Positions 59,853-64,000 of a stretch of DNA of 64,000 nt are shown piece after piece. The notes beneath the pieces are model-generated. The model saw nothing but the letters and a program-made list of their open reading frames with translations. It ran no database searches and was not told the DNA's origin. The DNA is taken from positions 2,356,001 to 2,420,000 of the forward strand of contig OZ374561.1 of assembly GCA_977862235.1 (NCBI GenBank), read 5' to 3'. Made by a program: the position numbers and the translations under genes. This stretch comes from Dudresnaya verticillata (taxonomy: Eukaryota). Positions within the stretch are counted from its first letter, which is position 1, and each line of letters starts with the position of its first letter.

Positions 59853-61875
59853 CTAGTCGCTCTTCAATGATGAGTATAGAAACCTCACAAACCGTCGCGC
59901 AGAGAAGAAGCCTACCGTGCCACACATCAAAAAGAACGCATAGCTTACGAGCAGCATGCACCCAAAGAAGAAGCTGGCCTGCATGAAACCTTCAAGCGGC
60001 GACCGAAAGTAGTAGTAGAACGCACTGTATGCGAAAATGTACGCGCCCACGCTCCCACCGTATCCCAAGCTGGCCCATGCCCACTTGTAGTTCTCGACAA
60101 CCAGCTGGAAGTATACAGCAGACGCAGTTGTGATTATTGTTACCATCATCAGGATAGCAAACACAATCGCCAACATCTCATACACTTCGAAGATTTTGTG
60201 ACCCCACACAGCTCCAAATATAAAGTACATCTCCACGTAGATGGAGCTGAAGGGCATCACACCGCAAACCGATGCCATGAACCACGGCTTCCGATACCAT
60301 GGGCATTCGGGTATTTCTCGTGGGATCTTCGTCGTCCGCCCTGGTGCATCGTAGGGCCTGCTCTGATTCTTCCCCAAAATCGCCCCGAATACGGTGAGTG
60401 GAATCGTAACTACGGCCCACAGCAGTACGATGGACGCAATAGTCCATATCGGCAACGCCCGTGTCGAGCTGTACAAGACTGCCACCGAGTTTAGATATAC
60501 CCAAATGATTGCAACTGGGCCGCAGAACGCGAAAACTGTCACGAACGCATTGCGCACCCACGCACTTCCACCCATTTGCTTGTACAAGTATCCTGAAGAG
60601 AATCCGGCAATCCATGCGGTGAACGCATAACAGACGACTGCGGTTGTGTAAATAGTTCCACGAGAGAGCGGATGGAAGAACTCAAGGGCACCAAATAGCA
60701 ACAGAATTCCTGACAGCGTGAGCAATTGCACCCCGGTTCCAAGGAAGGGGCAGAGAAGACTCAGTCCTCGAGGGAAACGGAATACGTCCCCATAGAGCAG
60801 CTTCCACCCAAAATCGTCAGATTCGTCATCAGCGCCTAGCTCTTCATACTCTCGGAAGTCTTTCCGGATCACGCGCATAAGAATAGAGCCAAGCAGGCCC
60901 ATAAGAAGCAGTACGCTCAGAATCGCGTTTCCGATGCTGAACCAATGTATTTCCTTGTCTCGCACATGAGAAGGATCCTTGTACTTTTCTGCCCTTCTTT
61001 CAAATGGAAAGTCCGTCTAAAGCAATCGAAGATGCAAAAAGAAAGCGAGGGTCAGTACCAACACGAAATTGTAGTTGCCATGCCAAATCGCTTCTGACGA
61101 ATGTCGCATCAGACGCGCTTTGCAGCGAAGAGACAGAAGCGGATGATAGCGTTGCGCCGTTGACTTACTTCCTGCCAGTGAACAGAATAAGAGAAGGCAA
61201 CCTTTGCTGGAGTACCATCTCGGAGCTCAACCGGTCGCCCCGGTGTAGCCGAGGCTTCGATTACGCGGTCGCCATTGACTTTAACAGAGAATTCGATATG
61301 GGTGTAGAGATAAGTCCTGCTGGCCGGTTCATCTTCGTTTAGCTCGCCCACAAAAAGCTTCATTGGCAAGTTGTCCAGCAGTAGATCGTAGACGAAGCGC
61401 TTCTTGACTGCTTGGACGAAGGAAGACACTTCTTCGACTGTCAGAGGCTTTTCGCAGAGTTGCTTGGTTTCTACCGGGTCGCGGAACGTAAAATTGTACG
61501 CGGCGCGAACCAAGAAGTCGCCGGCCAACGCTTCTCCCAGCTTAAGGGCGCGCCGTTCGAGCTTTTCTGGGCGGCACCATGGCATCTTGTCGAAGAAACC
61601 GTAGCTTTCGGTGGGGGACGAATATGGACCGATCTTATTCACCCATAGATCCATCGCCTGGGCGGATACGCAAATGGCAAATAATACATAGCCGCGTAGT
61701 CGTCAGCTCGACCAGGTTTGGCAATCGGAAGGCGTGAGTAGTAGGGGCGGGCTACGCTTGTGCTTACCTGTCCATTGAAGTATCTTCCACCCTGGGCTGC
61801 AGCCCAACCGACTGCGCTGAGAGAAATGAAATGGAGAAGGTTGAAAAAGAGGCCGGGACGGCTATGACTGATCAT
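59853..61875 (-). CDS. TM9SF: Transmembrane 9 superfamily (EMP70/nonaspanin) protein; exons 61768-61875, 61169-61657, 59853-61016 (~586 aa)
   Basis: WVNKIGPY...TESY, IHWFSI, GWKLLYGDVFRFP, C-terminal KSD; two phase-0 GTAAG...YAG introns. Confidence 0.93.
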
Positions 61876-62384
61876 GGCGGTCTCCGGTGTCCGCTGCACT
61901 GGGTGCAGACGGAGCGGCTCCGCGGAGAACGGACTTCAGCCAGGACTGGCAGGAAGTGGGACTCGGAGATACTGGACTATTGATGATGAAGGGGGGCGGG
62001 GGTAGCGTTGCCGGGACAGTGTCGAGGTGGAGCGACGCAGACACGGCGACGGAATACAAACGTCACAAGGCGTGAAAAGGAAGAGACTTGCATCGGGCAA
62101 TGAAGGGCAAGGTCAAATCGGCGCCGAACTTTTAGGGGGTAGTATGCAATTTCACAGTACTACAGTACATGCCACACGATCTCAGAGGACACTGTCAGCT
62201 GTAAATCATTCAGCTGTAATGACATTGTAGCCGGTCAGTCTATTTTCCTTATCCTTCTGTCAGGCTCGGTGACACGGTGGACAAGTTTGTTATCACATCG
62301 CATCACCCACCTCGCTTGACCGAGATTTGTTCATTCCCAAACAAACGCTCGGTGACAGTGAGTCTGTCCACTGCTGCATGGCCA

Positions 62385-62446
62385 GAAGGGCAAAGTCGCC
62401 CTGAGAAGGGCAAAGTCGCCCTGAAGGGCACGAAGGGCACGAAGGG
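62385..62446. repeat. Short GAAGGGCA-based tandem repeat
   Basis: GAAGGGCAAAGTCGCCCT x2, then GAAGGGCAC x2, then GAAGGG. Confidence 0.7.
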
Positions 62447-62578
62447 TATCAAGAGTACCACTTGCAGGCTACCATTTGGAAGCCAGTTCTAAGTTCTAAT
62501 AAGTCAGCAATTAAGTCAGCCGAAAGGGTGAGGTGCCAGTTTGCCACCGTCTTTGCGCGTTACACTCCCTTCTTACTG

Positions 62579-63946
62579 CTACCCGGTCGACACCCGCTCG
62601 TAGCCGCTACCACGAATCATTCTCCCGAGAATCTCGGGCTTTCCACGGTTTCGAATACAACATGCCAGTAATATAGCTGCAGCCACCAGAAATAGAACGT
62701 CCTCAACCCCACCAACTGTCCAAATGTTCTCCCATCCAAAAACCTGCATCGCCCTGGGCTGTTCGCAATCCTTCGTCACACAGAACTCTAACACCCTAAA
62801 TTGTAGCAGCTGAAGCGTGAAGATCACCATCACACGCCCTTCTTGCAAACAGACAAAGTCAACATTCACCACCCGAGTCCGTCCCTCAGTTAGGACTCCC
62901 AATTCTGACTTTCCCGAATCCTCCAGGCGAACCCTTGCCGTCTCCGAATTGCTCATGGTCACGTGCAGTTTCCCGAGGTGTAATGGTCCGAGCCCTTCTG
63001 CATGTGTGTTTCGAATATGCAGCCAAATACGCTTGGTCTGTCGCCCGACCACATGGTTTTGGACGCCATTCCCGTAGCCGACCGCACTTGATACATTGTA
63101 CTCTCCGGTTACCACGCCCTGATCCACAATGTCGCTGAGACCAGTCCCTGTTCCGATATCCACCATATCTGGGGTGTGCCCACCGCAACTCTTTTCTAGA
63201 TGTACTGTCAAATCGTTCCATGGTGGAATAGGGATCGTTACAGATACATGTGTTTTGTAGTTGGTGACGCAGTCGTACACGAGCCAGAAATTCAAGTCTT
63301 CACCCTGCAATATATTCGTCCCCGTCGAAATCCCCCTGATGTCTGTTACAATATCCTTATCCGAGGACGCTACATTCGGAGTCCCGATCAAAATGCTTTG
63401 TGTTGGTGCAACCACCCGGATAAACATATTCGACGTTTGAGATGTTGGTGGGACTTGAATAACCCCTGTTGCATTTGTTAAGAATTCCTCACCACGGCCA
63501 ACGGTGATCCCGAGTCGCACGTATGGATGCGGGCCAAACCCACATCGCTTGGTAAACCTCGTGGTGATATTGAAATTGCGAAGTATTGGTACGTCTAGGT
63601 CGAACACTTCTGTGGAGTTAAACGACTTTCGAACGCAATTGAAGAAAACTGTGAACACAAAGCTCTCTCCATCGCCATCAAAGGCGTCAATGGAGGGGTG
63701 CGAATGCCTTGTGAGTGCAGTTACCGCTGGTATTGCGAAGAAGTACTCCGTGGAGCGTTGCGATTCGTATGTGTACCTCATGGATATCCTGTCATCATAG
63801 GACGCAAGCACGACGCAGTTTGAAAACTGCACAGCATTTTCACCGCATCCAGCCCATTTGCCCACCAAGTGACCTTTCTCGAACACTGGCTCCGTCTTGA
63901 AGGACCTCAACCGCAATCTGTCTGCAGTTTTGAGCGTGATAGCCAT
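62579..63946 (-). CDS. Hypothetical single-pass membrane protein with three repeated beta-rich Cys domains (probably 5'-partial)
   Basis: 455-codon ORF; C-terminal TM VLFLVAAAILLACCI and short tail; a TTTAG just upstream could be a splice acceptor. Confidence 0.7.
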   Translation of the reverse strand: MAITLKTADRLRLRSFKTEPVFEKGHLVGKWAGCGENAVQFSNCVVLASYDDRISMRYTYESQRSTEYFFAIPAVTALTRHSHPSIDAFDGDGESFVFTVFFNCVRKSFNSTEVFDLDVPILRNFNITTRFTKRCGFGPHPYVRLGITVGRGEEFLTNATGVIQVPPTSQTSNMFIRVVAPTQSILIGTPNVASSDKDIVTDIRGISTGTNILQGEDLNFWLVYDCVTNYKTHVSVTIPIPPWNDLTVHLEKSCGGHTPDMVDIGTGTGLSDIVDQGVVTGEYNVSSAVGYGNGVQNHVVGRQTKRIWLHIRNTHAEGLGPLHLGKLHVTMSNSETARVRLEDSGKSELGVLTEGRTRVVNVDFVCLQEGRVMVIFTLQLLQFRVLEFCVTKDCEQPRAMQVFGWENIWTVGGVEDVLFLVAAAILLACCIRNRGKPEILGRMIRGSGYERVSTG

Positions 63947-64000
63947 GACTAAAGGGTTCTGCTTCGTTGAATTCCAGCTTGACTCTGCGAGAGTAGGAGG

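Overview
Eukaryotic genomic DNA. A red alga (Rhodophyta) is my inference from the compact, intron-poor genes with GTAAG/CTAAC/YAG introns and the gene set; the sequence does not prove it. Left ~30 kb: a nest of transposons. A minus-strand PIF/Harbinger transposase gene was hit by three Ty3/gypsy-type LTR retrotransposons: C (only its 3' part, ~1996-4452), A (full length, 4937-16198, TSD GAATA) and B (full length, 16656-29825, TSD GAGTG). A truncated fourth element D occupies 1-1995. A, B and D encode chromodomains. A near-identical 16.1-kb tandem duplication (16332-32455 / 32456-48580) copies element B and a host methyltransferase/GT32-like gene. Right ~14 kb: host genes for a secreted MBL-fold hydrolase, a HAT/TPR protein, a charged hypothetical protein, a BK/Slo-like K+ channel, TM9SF and a repeat-domain membrane protein. 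Main candidate novel system: A and B each carry a roughly 860-1000-codon antisense ORF between the chromodomain and 3' LTR. The two ORFs share a conserved domain and have NLS- or SUMO-type motifs. Element A is saturated with the 9-bp palindrome CCGTNACGG (>=36 copies, all reading frames), and element C with a different word, GCAGCGGC (16 copies in 2 kb). This resembles the VANDAL/VANC sequence-specific anti-silencing design, but in LTR retrotransposons; that link is a hypothesis. All counts are by eye.
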